Positions 28,505 through 37,733 of a stretch of 48,436 nucleotides of DNA are shown here, piece by piece (the stretch's first letter is position 1; each line of letters starts with the position of its first letter). The stretch comes from an uncultured Candidatus Saccharibacteria bacterium (GTDB lineage: Bacteria > Patescibacteriota > Minisyncoccia > UBA6257 > 2-01-FULL-56-20). The notes beneath the pieces were generated by a model. That model was not told the origin of the DNA. It searched no databases and saw only the letters and a list, made by a program, of their open reading frames with translations. Where the stretch lies: assembly GCA_964483915.1 (NCBI GenBank), contig CAZADL010000004.1, positions 1 to 48,436 of the forward strand, written 5' to 3'. The position numbers were made by a program, and so were the translations under genes.

Positions 28505-28860
28505 ACGATTTGGATCAAACAACTCAATATTTTGCTAACTCTATTTTGCAACTACCTGAATTTGCCAGATTTCAAAAAGCCGCAGAAAAGCTGGAAAATG
28601 ATAAGGATGCCTTAAGGACACTGCAAGATGTCCAGGAAAGAATTCAGGCTATCAGTACGCTGCAGCAAAGCGGTCTGCCAGTATCCGAAACGCAACGCCA
28701 GGAGTTGAGCTCGGCTCAAGCCAAGCTAAGGTCGAACGAAGTTTGTATGGAATATTTAAAATCGCAAAACGTGGCTACCACCACTGCGCGAAAAATCTGC
28801 AACAATTTAACCGCCGCAACTGGGATTACTTTTGCCGCCGGAGGCGGGTGTTGCGGTTAA
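28501..28860 (+). CDS. YlbF/YmcA-like helical protein with GGGCCG tail
   Basis: SILQLPEFARFQKAAEKLENDKDA...MEYLKSQ pattern. Confidence 0.6.
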   Translation: MNDLDQTTQYFANSILQLPEFARFQKAAEKLENDKDALRTLQDVQERIQAISTLQQSGLPVSETQRQELSSAQAKLRSNEVCMEYLKSQNVATTTARKICNNLTAATGITFAAGGGCCG

Positions 28861-28871
28861 AGAATAAAAAT

Positions 28872-29120
28872 ATGAATAAATTTTATTGCCAAAAATGCCA
28901 AAAAGCTTTTGATGCCGAGGGTGTAAAACATGAATACAACAGTCCTATCTACGGGCCATGTTGGAAGCGCATGGCCGCATGCCCTAATTGCGGCCTTGAA
29001 TCTGACGAATTAAACCAAACAAAATCAGCGGGGAAGAAAAGCTTTGATTTTGATGATTACGTAAATAATTTGCGAAATCAGGGAGGCGGCTGTAGCCCTG
29101 GCGGAGGCTGCTGCGGATAA
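28872..29120 (+). CDS. Zinc-ribbon (FmdB-like) protein with GGCSPGGGCCG tail
   Basis: FYCQKC...ACPNCG. Confidence 0.65.
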   Translation: MNKFYCQKCQKAFDAEGVKHEYNSPIYGPCWKRMAACPNCGLESDELNQTKSAGKKSFDFDDYVNNLRNQGGGCSPGGGCCG

Positions 29121-29190
29121 AACTTAGATAAATTTTTCTGCCTGAGCTCGAATAATATTCAAAACCCGATTATTTTGATATAATAAAAGT

Positions 29191-29375
29191 ACAATTGAAT
29201 TGCCTAAACCTGTCGTAGTAATTTTCGGCAGGCATGGCATTAATCCATCCAAGGTATAGAACCCGTCGTCAGGGATCCTTGGATGGTCGTGTGGGGAAAC
29301 TCATACGTTGAGGCCGAAAGGCTTCTACTCTTGGCGGCGGGCTTTATGCAAAACGATCCCGCAAAGAGTAGAATC
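29191..29375 (+). ncRNA. Putative structured RNA, long form
   Basis: TGATATAAT extended -10; same 5' module as the 25236 RNA; two GAAA-capped hairpins; several long stems; alternative or pseudoknot pairing. Confidence 0.6.
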
Positions 29376-29480
29376 GTTATACACATGACACCTATTGCAA
29401 GGTGTTTTCGTGTGGTGCTATAATTAATTTAACAGAAAGCGATTGCCTGACGGCGTCCGGGATCACCGGGCTAAACGAGA

Positions 29481-29558
29481 CGGGGCTACGACTTCTGTCA
29501 TCAACGGCTATTTTATTATGGCTGGTGTGATGACGAGAAGTGGTAGTCCCGCTTTTTG
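29481..29558 (+). terminator. Long hairpin with U-tract in the portal leader (possible attenuator), downstream of a TGCTATAAT promoter at ~29415
   Basis: CGGGGCTAC-GACTTCTGTCATCA...TGATGACGAGAAGTG-GTAGTCCCG-CTTTTTG. Confidence 0.5.
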
Positions 29559-29657
29559 TTTATCCTCTTGAGGCTTCGGCCTCGCATTGAACGACAGGAA
29601 CCAGATTGGAAATAATAGAGCCGAGCCTTAATAGGGTCTCGGCTTATTTTATTTCTT

Positions 29658-31535
29658 ATGGCGGAATCAACTCTAAAAATCAAAGAAGAAGAAACTTCCA
29701 AAAAGGAAGTATATTCGCCGTCGACTGATGAACAGGCGCTCATTGAAAAATGGAAAAAGCGATTCACACGGGCCGAAGAATATCTTCGTCCTTATCGCGC
29801 AAAGTGGCTTCGCATGTACAAGCATTACCGCGCCTACCAGGAAAAAACAAATTACGCGTATCAGACCCGGCTCATGCCTCCGATCGCATTCCAGATCGTG
29901 GAAACAGTAGCCTCGCGTCTTGCAACCGCCAAACGAAAGACACGCATTCTCCCGCGAGACAAAAAAGACGCGGAATCAAAATCCATTGCTGCTTGGAATG
30001 ATCTGGTAGGTTATGACTTTGACGCTATCAAGCTTTCGAAAAAACTTCCGAAGTGGGTAAAATCCGCTTCCACATATGGAAATGGTATCGGCATGCTGAC
30101 CTGGCTTACCGACGAAAGCATCGAGCATGACGATCCCTTCCTGACTATTTGTGACCTGTGGGACATCTTGCCCGCTCCAGAAACCGAAGACCTGGAAGAA
30201 GACTGCCCGTGGCTCATCCGGCGCATTCTGAAATCAAAAGACAAGATCGAGCGCGAAGAAAAAGCCCGCGGCGAAAATGTTCTTTACAAAAATGTGAACT
30301 TCCTTGAAGCAAAACAAGTCGAGGATTGGAAGAAGGAACGATACGAGGTGAACACAAAAAAGATGGGCCAGATTCAAAGTTCAGAATCAGTGGAAACTTC
30401 CAGCTCAGTAATTAAAGTCACCGGAGAAAAGTACGAACCGGAAAAGCAGATCGAGCTGTGGGAGTGCTACGACTTCGAAGAAGGAAAACTGATCACGTTC
30501 GGCAACCGTGAGGTGATAATGCGCGACGATGAGAATCCATATAAAAAAGTAAATCACGGCCGAATTTTCCTGAATTTAGCAGATCACGAGGTCAACTGGG
30601 AACTTTGGGGTATTGGCCATATTGAGCCGGTTGAAACTACTATTGTTGAAATTGCCGATCTTCGCAACCAGCGCATGGACGATGTCATTCTCATGCTTGA
30701 TCCGGTAATTAAGATTCGCAAAGACTCCGGTATTTCTAAAAACGACATTATTTTTGCTCCCGGCGCAAAGTGGGAGCTTCGCAAGATGGATGACGTGGTG
30801 GTTGAACGATTGCCCGACATCAGCCTCATGGGAGTGAATGAAGAAAGAGCCTTACGTGATGAGATCGAACGGACCCTCGCTATCTCCGAATATGCCCAAG
30901 GCATGCCAAAGTCTTCTGATGAACCGCTCGGCAAAGTGGCCATGCTCATTGGCCAGAGCAACTTACGCTTAAGTTCCTTTGCTCAGAATTTGTCCGAGAC
31001 GCTCAGCAGTCTCGCCAACATGCTGATAGAGATGAACCAGGAATTTATCGAAGAAGACAAATTGTATCGCGTAATCGGCGACGAGGTGAGCTTTAAGGAA
31101 TTCACAATGGCGGACAAAGAAGTAAAGGTCGATGCTGTGGTGACTGTTGATCCGGTCGTGCCTCCCGATCAGCAGGCCAGGCTCAATCAATCTTTGCTCT
31201 TGTACGACAAGTTTGTTGCGCAGGACAAGCCCGACCCGAACAGTCCCGATGAAATTAAGCAATGGAAAAAGCGAAAACGTGCGATCCAGGAAATGATCCT
31301 AGAAGAAATGGGCAAAGAGGCGTATCGGGTCGTAATTCTTGGCGAAGAAAAAAACGAAACTACTCAAGGTAAAGAACCAGTTATTCAACAGGGGGAACCT
31401 CCACCCATATCGGAAGCGGGCGCTTCGCCGGACGTATTACCACCGCCAACTCCACAAGCGCGCCCCGGCTTCTTGAGAAGCGTGCTGTCGAGGATTCCTT
31501 TTATTGGTCGAGGTCAAAAAACAATTAATCAATAA
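29658..31535 (+). CDS. Portal protein (P22/podovirus-like)
   Basis: 625 aa; ASTYGNGIG; WGIGHIE...EIADLRNQRMD; first gene of the head module. Confidence 0.8.
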   Translation: MAESTLKIKEEETSKKEVYSPSTDEQALIEKWKKRFTRAEEYLRPYRAKWLRMYKHYRAYQEKTNYAYQTRLMPPIAFQIVETVASRLATAKRKTRILPRDKKDAESKSIAAWNDLVGYDFDAIKLSKKLPKWVKSASTYGNGIGMLTWLTDESIEHDDPFLTICDLWDILPAPETEDLEEDCPWLIRRILKSKDKIEREEKARGENVLYKNVNFLEAKQVEDWKKERYEVNTKKMGQIQSSESVETSSSVIKVTGEKYEPEKQIELWECYDFEEGKLITFGNREVIMRDDENPYKKVNHGRIFLNLADHEVNWELWGIGHIEPVETTIVEIADLRNQRMDDVILMLDPVIKIRKDSGISKNDIIFAPGAKWELRKMDDVVVERLPDISLMGVNEERALRDEIERTLAISEYAQGMPKSSDEPLGKVAMLIGQSNLRLSSFAQNLSETLSSLANMLIEMNQEFIEEDKLYRVIGDEVSFKEFTMADKEVKVDAVVTVDPVVPPDQQARLNQSLLLYDKFVAQDKPDPNSPDEIKQWKKRKRAIQEMILEEMGKEAYRVVILGEEKNETTQGKEPVIQQGEPPPISEAGASPDVLPPPTPQARPGFLRSVLSRIPFIGRGQKTINQ

Positions 31536-31539
31536 AGCT

Positions 31540-31734
31540 ATGGCAAAAAATAACCAGACAACCAAAGTCATCACCGCAATTGTCTTGAGTAAGACATTAA
31601 GTGGCGGCGATTGCATCGTATCCCTGCAGGAAGATCAGGGTCGTGTGCATACGGTTTACCTCTCCAAAGAGGAGTCTTCCAAAATCGACTTGGGACACAA
31701 ACTCAAGCTGACCATTGAAAAGGTCGAAAATTAA
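31540..31734 (+). CDS. Small hypothetical protein
   Basis: AAAGCTATG start context; 64 aa. Confidence 0.6.
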   Translation: MAKNNQTTKVITAIVLSKTLSGGDCIVSLQEDQGRVHTVYLSKEESSKIDLGHKLKLTIEKVEN

Positions 31735-31754
31735 TTAATTTTAATTACACATAT

Positions 31755-32087
31755 ATGCAAGACAAAAAAATGAAAAAAAAGAGTGATCTGGCCGACGAAA
31801 GGTTTCCAGAGGGTGACAAGATCGAGTTCAAGAATCAGAAGCCCGCGCGAGAGGAAGGTGGGCAAATGGAAGCTCGCTGGAAAAAGATCGAAAGCGTGAT
31901 AGGCGCGGCAAAGGAAGCCTATCAATCGGGTAAATCAAACTTCAGCGAAGTGCTGGAAAGCCTGATTGCCACCCTTCAAGACATGCTGGACAGCGATGTT
32001 GGAGGCAGGGATCTCGGCGGACTCATGACGAACGGGCCGGAGATGGATCTTCCGCCGGAGCCTGCACCGGAAGAAGAACAGCAATAA
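31755..32087 (+). CDS. Hypothetical phage protein
   Basis: Co-oriented ORF in the head module. Confidence 0.65.
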   Translation: MQDKKMKKKSDLADERFPEGDKIEFKNQKPAREEGGQMEARWKKIESVIGAAKEAYQSGKSNFSEVLESLIATLQDMLDSDVGGRDLGGLMTNGPEMDLPPEPAPEEEQQ

Positions 32088-32091
32088 ATAT

Positions 32092-32370
32092 ATGCAGACC
32101 AACGAGGAAAAATTCGATACAGGATTGGCGGTGCTGGGGATGGTCAGAACGGCTGGCTGGAAATGGCTCGAAGCAAAAATTCGAACAGAGCTCGCAATTG
32201 AATACGCAGAGCTCCGAGATTTTGACATTTCGGGAAAGACAGCCGAGCAAATTGCTTCCGACTATCTTCAGCGCCGAGCCAATGCCAACGCTTACGAGAA
32301 AATTCTCGCATTGGTCGACGACGCCATTCGTGAAAAAGACGAAGCGGCGGGCGCAATGAGCCAGGAGTAA
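32092..32370 (+). CDS. Hypothetical head-module protein
   Basis: TAGWKWLE helical protein between portal and scaffold. Confidence 0.65.
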   Translation: MQTNEEKFDTGLAVLGMVRTAGWKWLEAKIRTELAIEYAELRDFDISGKTAEQIASDYLQRRANANAYEKILALVDDAIREKDEAAGAMSQE

Positions 32371-32459
32371 CACGATGCCTAAGGAGTATGCGGCAAAAAA
32401 TTGGGGGCAAGGTCGAACCCCAACCTAGTAAATAAAAATTCAATTTAACAAGCGCTTTT

Positions 32460-33329
32460 ATGAATCAAGATCGTAAAAAGGAGCTCGACGCTCTCCTCAA
32501 CGCAAACTCGGGAGATGAGGAAACGGATACCGAAGAAGAAGACACCCAGGAAGACAAGGGTGAGGAAGAAGACGAGGAAACCGACACTGAAGATTCTGAA
32601 GAAGAAAACGACGAAAACGAAGAAACTGACGAGGAAGAATCGGATGACGGCGAATCGGAGGATTCCGATGATGAGGAAGAAACCGAGGAAGATGCAGGGG
32701 GCGAGGCATCCAAGCAGAAAAACAAGTGGCACGGCAAAAGCCGTGAGGAAGTGATCCGAATGTATGAAGAGCTCGAAACAAAAAACCAACCACCAAAGCG
32801 AACAAAAGCAAAGCCTGATGCCAAGAAGGAAAACGATCAGGCCAAGGGCGAGGGGGTAGATGTCCCTAACGACGAAGAACTGGCCAAGATGACCCCCAAG
32901 CAGTTCGCAGAATGGATGGTTACGACAGTTCAAAGCATCGTCGGCAAAACCTACGATGCGCGAAGCCGGATGCGAGATTCCGCCGCGCAAGAAATTCGAG
33001 AGGCTCAGAAAGATCACCCTCTCCTGAAGACCAGTCCAGAGTACCGCGAACTCGTGCTGTCTTTGATCGACGCCGCTTCCCAAAAAGGAACGGTTATGCC
33101 GCTCAAAGAAGCGTGCATGAAGGTCGATGGATTTGCTGGAAAGGTAAAGGGGGACACAAAGGTTTCTGACACTGAGAAGATTCGCCTCAAGAAAGCCAAA
33201 GCGCAAGTCGAGAGAGGAGCGGGCGCTCCGACCTCGCCAGGCGAAGAAAAGGGTGCGGAAGAACGCCGCCTCGAAAGCATCTTCGGAACAAGCGGGTCAA
33301 ATGGCCCCTTAGGAGGCCTTGGGGTTTAA
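32460..33329 (+). CDS. Putative capsid scaffolding protein
   Basis: Long D/E tract, KWHGKSREEV..MYEELE motif, directly before the capsid gene. Confidence 0.65.
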   Translation: MNQDRKKELDALLNANSGDEETDTEEEDTQEDKGEEEDEETDTEDSEEENDENEETDEEESDDGESEDSDDEEETEEDAGGEASKQKNKWHGKSREEVIRMYEELETKNQPPKRTKAKPDAKKENDQAKGEGVDVPNDEELAKMTPKQFAEWMVTTVQSIVGKTYDARSRMRDSAAQEIREAQKDHPLLKTSPEYRELVLSLIDAASQKGTVMPLKEACMKVDGFAGKVKGDTKVSDTEKIRLKKAKAQVERGAGAPTSPGEEKGAEERRLESIFGTSGSNGPLGGLGV

Positions 33330-33387
33330 AACCCCATATAGCAAGGTCGAACCTCCTATCAGTTAATTAATCAACCAACAACAAGAT

Positions 33388-34566
33388 ATGTCATCAGCAA
33401 ATGGAATTAGAGGAACCGCGAACTTGGGCGTTACGCGCAAGTACGACGTAGCGGATGTGATCTCGCTTCTTGACGTAGCGCGTTATCCGCTGCTTGGCAT
33501 TCTCACGAATGCCGGGAAAGACCCCGCAACCAAGCAGGGCAAGGCACTCAAGAAAAAAGAAACGAGCGATCCGGACTTCAAGTGGTTTGAGGATAAATTC
33601 GGTGCGCGCGAAGACATCGTTGCGGCCAACCAAGGAGCGGCAGTCACACTGGTTGTGACCAACGGTGCGTACTTTAGCATCGGTGACGTCCTGCTTGTAG
33701 TGAAATCGGCCCAGGGCACGAACAACCCGACCGGCGAAGTCATGCTCGTAACGGACGTGGCAACCAACACGCTCACCCTTGTTCGCCAGATCGGTGACGG
33801 CGGTTCAGGCGGCGGTCTGCTTCAACAGAACGATATCGTCTGGATCATTGGCAATGCCAACGAAGAAGGTGCGGACCTCCGCACAATGAAAGGAACGACG
33901 ATCGCTGAAGTGCTCAACTACTGCCAGATTTTCCGCACTACGATTGGAGTCACTGAAACTTCACGCAACACCAAGGGTCTGACAAAGGAGAACGACTTTG
34001 ACTATCAGATTCGCAAGAAAGGCATCGAACACTTGGTGGACATCGAGCGAGCTTTCCTATTCGGGAAAAAGGAGATCATCACTTCAGGTACGCATCCGAA
34101 GCGATTTACCGGCGGAGTTCTCCCTCGCATCAGCCAAGTCACCAGCAACGTAGCAACCCGCGACGACTTCAACAGCTACCTGAGAATCTTGTTCGCTCAC
34201 GGCAACACTGAGAAATACCTGCTTGCTTCCGGTTACGTGATCGACAAGATCAATGGATTCGCTCACGACAAGTTGCAGGTACTGCAAGGAGAAAAAACTT
34301 TTGGATTAACCATCCTTAAGTATCTTTCTCCGCACGGCACGCTCAACATCATCAAACACGATCTGCTTGCGGGAGATCTGTACGGCAAGAGTGGTGTCGG
34401 TGTAGACATGGAAGCTTTGACCTACCGATATCTCGCCAACCGTGACAGCAAGCTTCTCACGAATCGACAAGCACCGGGTGAGGACTCACGAGTAGACGAG
34501 TACCTGACCGAATGTGGTCTCCAGATGGAACAGCCTGAGCGTCACGCAATCGTTAAGTTCGCTTAA
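33388..34566 (+). CDS. Major capsid protein (SU10/DUF5309-like)
   Basis: FKWFED, NYCQIFRTTIGVT, EHLVDIERAFLFG, RFTGG, ECGLQM. Confidence 0.85.
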   Translation: MSSANGIRGTANLGVTRKYDVADVISLLDVARYPLLGILTNAGKDPATKQGKALKKKETSDPDFKWFEDKFGAREDIVAANQGAAVTLVVTNGAYFSIGDVLLVVKSAQGTNNPTGEVMLVTDVATNTLTLVRQIGDGGSGGGLLQQNDIVWIIGNANEEGADLRTMKGTTIAEVLNYCQIFRTTIGVTETSRNTKGLTKENDFDYQIRKKGIEHLVDIERAFLFGKKEIITSGTHPKRFTGGVLPRISQVTSNVATRDDFNSYLRILFAHGNTEKYLLASGYVIDKINGFAHDKLQVLQGEKTFGLTILKYLSPHGTLNIIKHDLLAGDLYGKSGVGVDMEALTYRYLANRDSKLLTNRQAPGEDSRVDEYLTECGLQMEQPERHAIVKFA

Positions 34567-34703
34567 GCAATCCTTCAAGTCTCGGTCGGACGGGCATGCT
34601 TTCCGAACCCGCCTGACCGAGTGGAAAGCCCTTGAGGGGTTTTCCGCGGAAAATGAAAGGTCGATTCCGCGGTTATTACAAAAATAATTTCACATTAATT
34701 CGT

Positions 34704-35138
34704 ATGGCAAAAAATCAAGCACCGACGGCCGAAAAGCCGAAGACAAAGAGCAAGCGTTACGCAACCCGTTACGGACAGCATTACGCGATCGTGATGATCC
34801 CGACTGTAACCGAGATCATCAACGGAATGGCAATAACGCGTCCAGGAAAAACGATCGAATTCAAGAATGGCATTTACGAAACGAAGGATTCTGCCGAACA
34901 AGACTTCCTGGATAATTCTCCGTTTGTCGGCATCGACTATCAGGAAGTCACAAAGGCAGTGACTTCGGCTCTTGAAGCCAAGTCGTTGTCGGAAAAGGAA
35001 TCCGAATTGAAGGAGAAAGAAGAAGATCTGAAGCGCAGAGAGATGGCGCTCAAAGGCAAAGAAGAAGGATCAGACTCCTCCGCCGGAAAAGAAACCAAAA
35101 GCGAGGGGAAGACAAAAAAGAAAGAGCCAAAGTTCTAA
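34704..35138 (+). CDS. Hypothetical phage protein
   Basis: IEFKNGIYET motif with coiled-coil tail; follows the capsid gene. Confidence 0.65.
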   Translation: MAKNQAPTAEKPKTKSKRYATRYGQHYAIVMIPTVTEIINGMAITRPGKTIEFKNGIYETKDSAEQDFLDNSPFVGIDYQEVTKAVTSALEAKSLSEKESELKEKEEDLKRREMALKGKEEGSDSSAGKETKSEGKTKKKEPKF

Positions 35139-35192
35139 ACTTTCGGCTCGTTAAAGGTCGAACCATTATCAACCAAAATAAGGCACAACGAT

Positions 35193-35486
35193 ATGGCGAT
35201 AGAAAGTAAATCAAAATTCGCGGTGAACGAAGCGACCGTGGCCAGCGCAGGCACTGCCGTGCAGCTTCCCGACATTCCTGTCGGTGAGGGGTGCGAGATC
35301 GTCGTCAAAGCGAAGCGCACAAATCTCGGCGCGATTAAAGTCGGAGAATCCGCACCGCAGGCTCAGGCGGGGAAATTTACCCTAGAGCCGGGCGAAGCGG
35401 TGAAGCTCCGCATCAGCAATGCGAACAAGGGCTACATTGACGCGGAAGTCACCGGCGACAAAGTCGAGCTGATCGTTGAGCAATAA
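35193..35486 (+). CDS. Small beta-rich virion protein (hypothetical)
   Basis: VVKAKRTNLGAIKVG...LEPGEAV pattern. Confidence 0.6.
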   Translation: MAIESKSKFAVNEATVASAGTAVQLPDIPVGEGCEIVVKAKRTNLGAIKVGESAPQAQAGKFTLEPGEAVKLRISNANKGYIDAEVTGDKVELIVEQ

Positions 35487-35492
35487 GCTCCC

Positions 35493-36080
35493 ATGTCAGA
35501 TTTTATTCCTCAACAGGGAGACTTCAGCTTCCTGCGGTTCAGAAAAACCGGCAGATACTTCGGGCCATTCATGACAGGCGGAACAGTGACCACGCAGTCG
35601 GCAGCGTCTGCAAACTCACTGCGCGCCTTTCCATTCTTTGTCCCGAAGACGCAAAAGTTTGATCGGATCGCAATTCGCGTCACGACTTTGGCCAGCGGCA
35701 CAACTCCTAAGGCTCGTCTCGGCGTGTATGAAGACAAAGGCGACGGAAGTGTCTATCCGGCAAAGCTCGTGCTCGATGCGGGCGAGGTGGATGTTAATAC
35801 CACGGGTCTTAAAGAGATCACGATCAATCTCACGCTCAAGGGCGGGAAACTCTACTGGCTTGCTTTTGTGGGCCAAGACACCACCGCGCTCGTGCTTGCA
35901 GCAATTCCCGCAGTGGACGCGATAGCGACATTCCTCGGTTTTGACAACGGACTAACTGGCACGCCGTACCTTGGTTACGCCGTAACGCAAACTTACGGCG
36001 CACTGCCAGCAACATACCCGACAGCAAGCCCGACGGACTGGAGTCTGAATGTGCCGCTCATTGCCTTACGCAAAGCATAG
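35493..36080 (+). CDS. Beta-sandwich virion protein (hypothetical)
   Basis: ARLGVYED...P..LVLDAG...LYWLAFV pattern. Confidence 0.6.
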   Translation: MSDFIPQQGDFSFLRFRKTGRYFGPFMTGGTVTTQSAASANSLRAFPFFVPKTQKFDRIAIRVTTLASGTTPKARLGVYEDKGDGSVYPAKLVLDAGEVDVNTTGLKEITINLTLKGGKLYWLAFVGQDTTALVLAAIPAVDAIATFLGFDNGLTGTPYLGYAVTQTYGALPATYPTASPTDWSLNVPLIALRKA

Positions 36081-36082
36081 CT

Positions 36083-37729
36083 ATGCCGATGAATTATGTT
36101 GCCAAGCTTCAAAGCAAAGTTGCTGAAAACGTCGATGACGGCCGTGAACAAGATGCAACAACCTGGAACGGCAACGGCAATGGCAGCAACGTAATTACTC
36201 TCGGCAACGTGAGCGGTTCCGTGTATTCCGGCGCGTTTCGTTTTCGCAATCTGAGCATTCCACGGAATTCAAAGATTGTCCTGGCCCGGCTGAAGATTCG
36301 GCCGTCGGTCACGGACGGCGCAGACCCGGATGTGAAGCTCATTGTGAAGGGAATAAAAGAGCCGGATACAAAACCATTCACTCAAACCTCGCGTCCCAGC
36401 CAGAGAACGAAAACAGTAAACACTGTCGCCTGGCACATCATCAAGAAATGGGAAGTCCACGAATGGACGCAGACACCAAACCTCAAACTGATCATTGAAG
36501 AAATCGTTGCTCAAAACGGATGGAAGCCGGGCAATGCCCTGGCCTTAACAATAGAAGACAACGGATCTTCCTCGAACCAGGCTGAAACTTGCTATGACCG
36601 GAGTAAGGGCGACGGCTATCAGGTCGAACTTGAAGTCTGGTACACGACAAAAAATGTAAGCATCGGCACTATTGCCGGCACTGACCGCGATGGAATGGAA
36701 ACGGATAAGACCACATGGCAGTCGAGTCCGACCGGCAACGTGATAACTGTCGGCGATGATGGGCCATCGGTAAATGACGGCAGCTTTATATTCAGCTCGC
36801 TCGCCATCCCTCGATACGCAAACATCATCGGTGCCTACCTTCTGCTTACGCAGGCAGATCAGAACAACCGATTTCCGCATCTCATCATTAAAGGATTTGC
36901 GGAAGATGATGCTCCTGTGTTCGCCAGCAACGGATCGAATAGACCATCGACTCGGCAGAAAACAAATGCACTGGCCGAATGGACTATTGGAGAAACAATG
37001 GCTGGAGTCTTTGTCGGAATCCACTGGTCGGCCAACAGCGTGTATGAATCGCCCGACCTGCGCGAGATCGTGCAAGAGATCGTCGACCGCGAAGGCTGGA
37101 CGACATCAAGCAAGCTGGGCCTTGTCTTGGAAAGCCAATCATCCTGGGACGGCCAATACAAACTGCCCTGGGACTATGTGAAAAACTCCGGTGAATTCGC
37201 GGCAAAGCTCGTGGTCGTGTGGGACACGATCCGCACATTCCGATCAACGAAAAAAGATATTGCGAAATTCGATAAATCAAATTACCCGGAATTTATTATC
37301 GTGCATCACTCGGCAACACCGCGCGATTCGACGCATTTCGGCACGATAAAAAATAACCACATAGGAATCGGCTGGGGGGACATCGCTTACCACCATTGGA
37401 TCGCGGGAGCGTTGGATGGCATCGGCGTACACATTGCTGGTCGTCCGGAAAACAAGATCGGAGCTCACGCCGATACGCAAAAAATGAATTATCGCTCTAT
37501 TGGCATAGCCATGTGCGGAGATTTCCATCCATCAAGCGGAAACGAACAGCCAACCGCAGAACAGCTAACCACCCTTCAAACACTTCTCGATACGATCAGG
37601 AAAGAACGAGGCATCCCAAAAGAGAGGGTACTCGGACATCGGGAAACTCCAGATTCGACTGATTGTCCCGGCGACAATTTGCTCGAGTACGTAAAACGAT
37701 ACCGAACAACCGGAAAGCTTCTTCCCTAA
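36083..37729 (+). CDS. Two tandem carbohydrate-binding-like domains plus C-terminal Amidase_2 (PGRP-like) peptidoglycan amidase
   Basis: Internal duplication (DGRE/DGME; TPNLKLIIEEIV/SPDLREIVQEIV); IIVHHSAT, GWGDIAYH, GAHA, GHRE, DCPG. Confidence 0.8.
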   Translation: MPMNYVAKLQSKVAENVDDGREQDATTWNGNGNGSNVITLGNVSGSVYSGAFRFRNLSIPRNSKIVLARLKIRPSVTDGADPDVKLIVKGIKEPDTKPFTQTSRPSQRTKTVNTVAWHIIKKWEVHEWTQTPNLKLIIEEIVAQNGWKPGNALALTIEDNGSSSNQAETCYDRSKGDGYQVELEVWYTTKNVSIGTIAGTDRDGMETDKTTWQSSPTGNVITVGDDGPSVNDGSFIFSSLAIPRYANIIGAYLLLTQADQNNRFPHLIIKGFAEDDAPVFASNGSNRPSTRQKTNALAEWTIGETMAGVFVGIHWSANSVYESPDLREIVQEIVDREGWTTSSKLGLVLESQSSWDGQYKLPWDYVKNSGEFAAKLVVVWDTIRTFRSTKKDIAKFDKSNYPEFIIVHHSATPRDSTHFGTIKNNHIGIGWGDIAYHHWIAGALDGIGVHIAGRPENKIGAHADTQKMNYRSIGIAMCGDFHPSSGNEQPTAEQLTTLQTLLDTIRKERGIPKERVLGHRETPDSTDCPGDNLLEYVKRYRTTGKLLP

Positions 37730-37733
37730 TACC

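Larger units (their letters stand above)
9133..29420. mobile_element. Accessory cargo island between terminase and portal genes (boundaries approximate)
   Basis: No structural phage genes; signalling, defence and arsenic genes; visibly more A/T-rich blocks; own promoters. Confidence 0.75.

Noticed and set aside
32445-33206. 253-aa hydrophobic-looking minus-strand ORF
   Set aside because: Antisense shadow of the GAA/GAC-rich scaffold gene.
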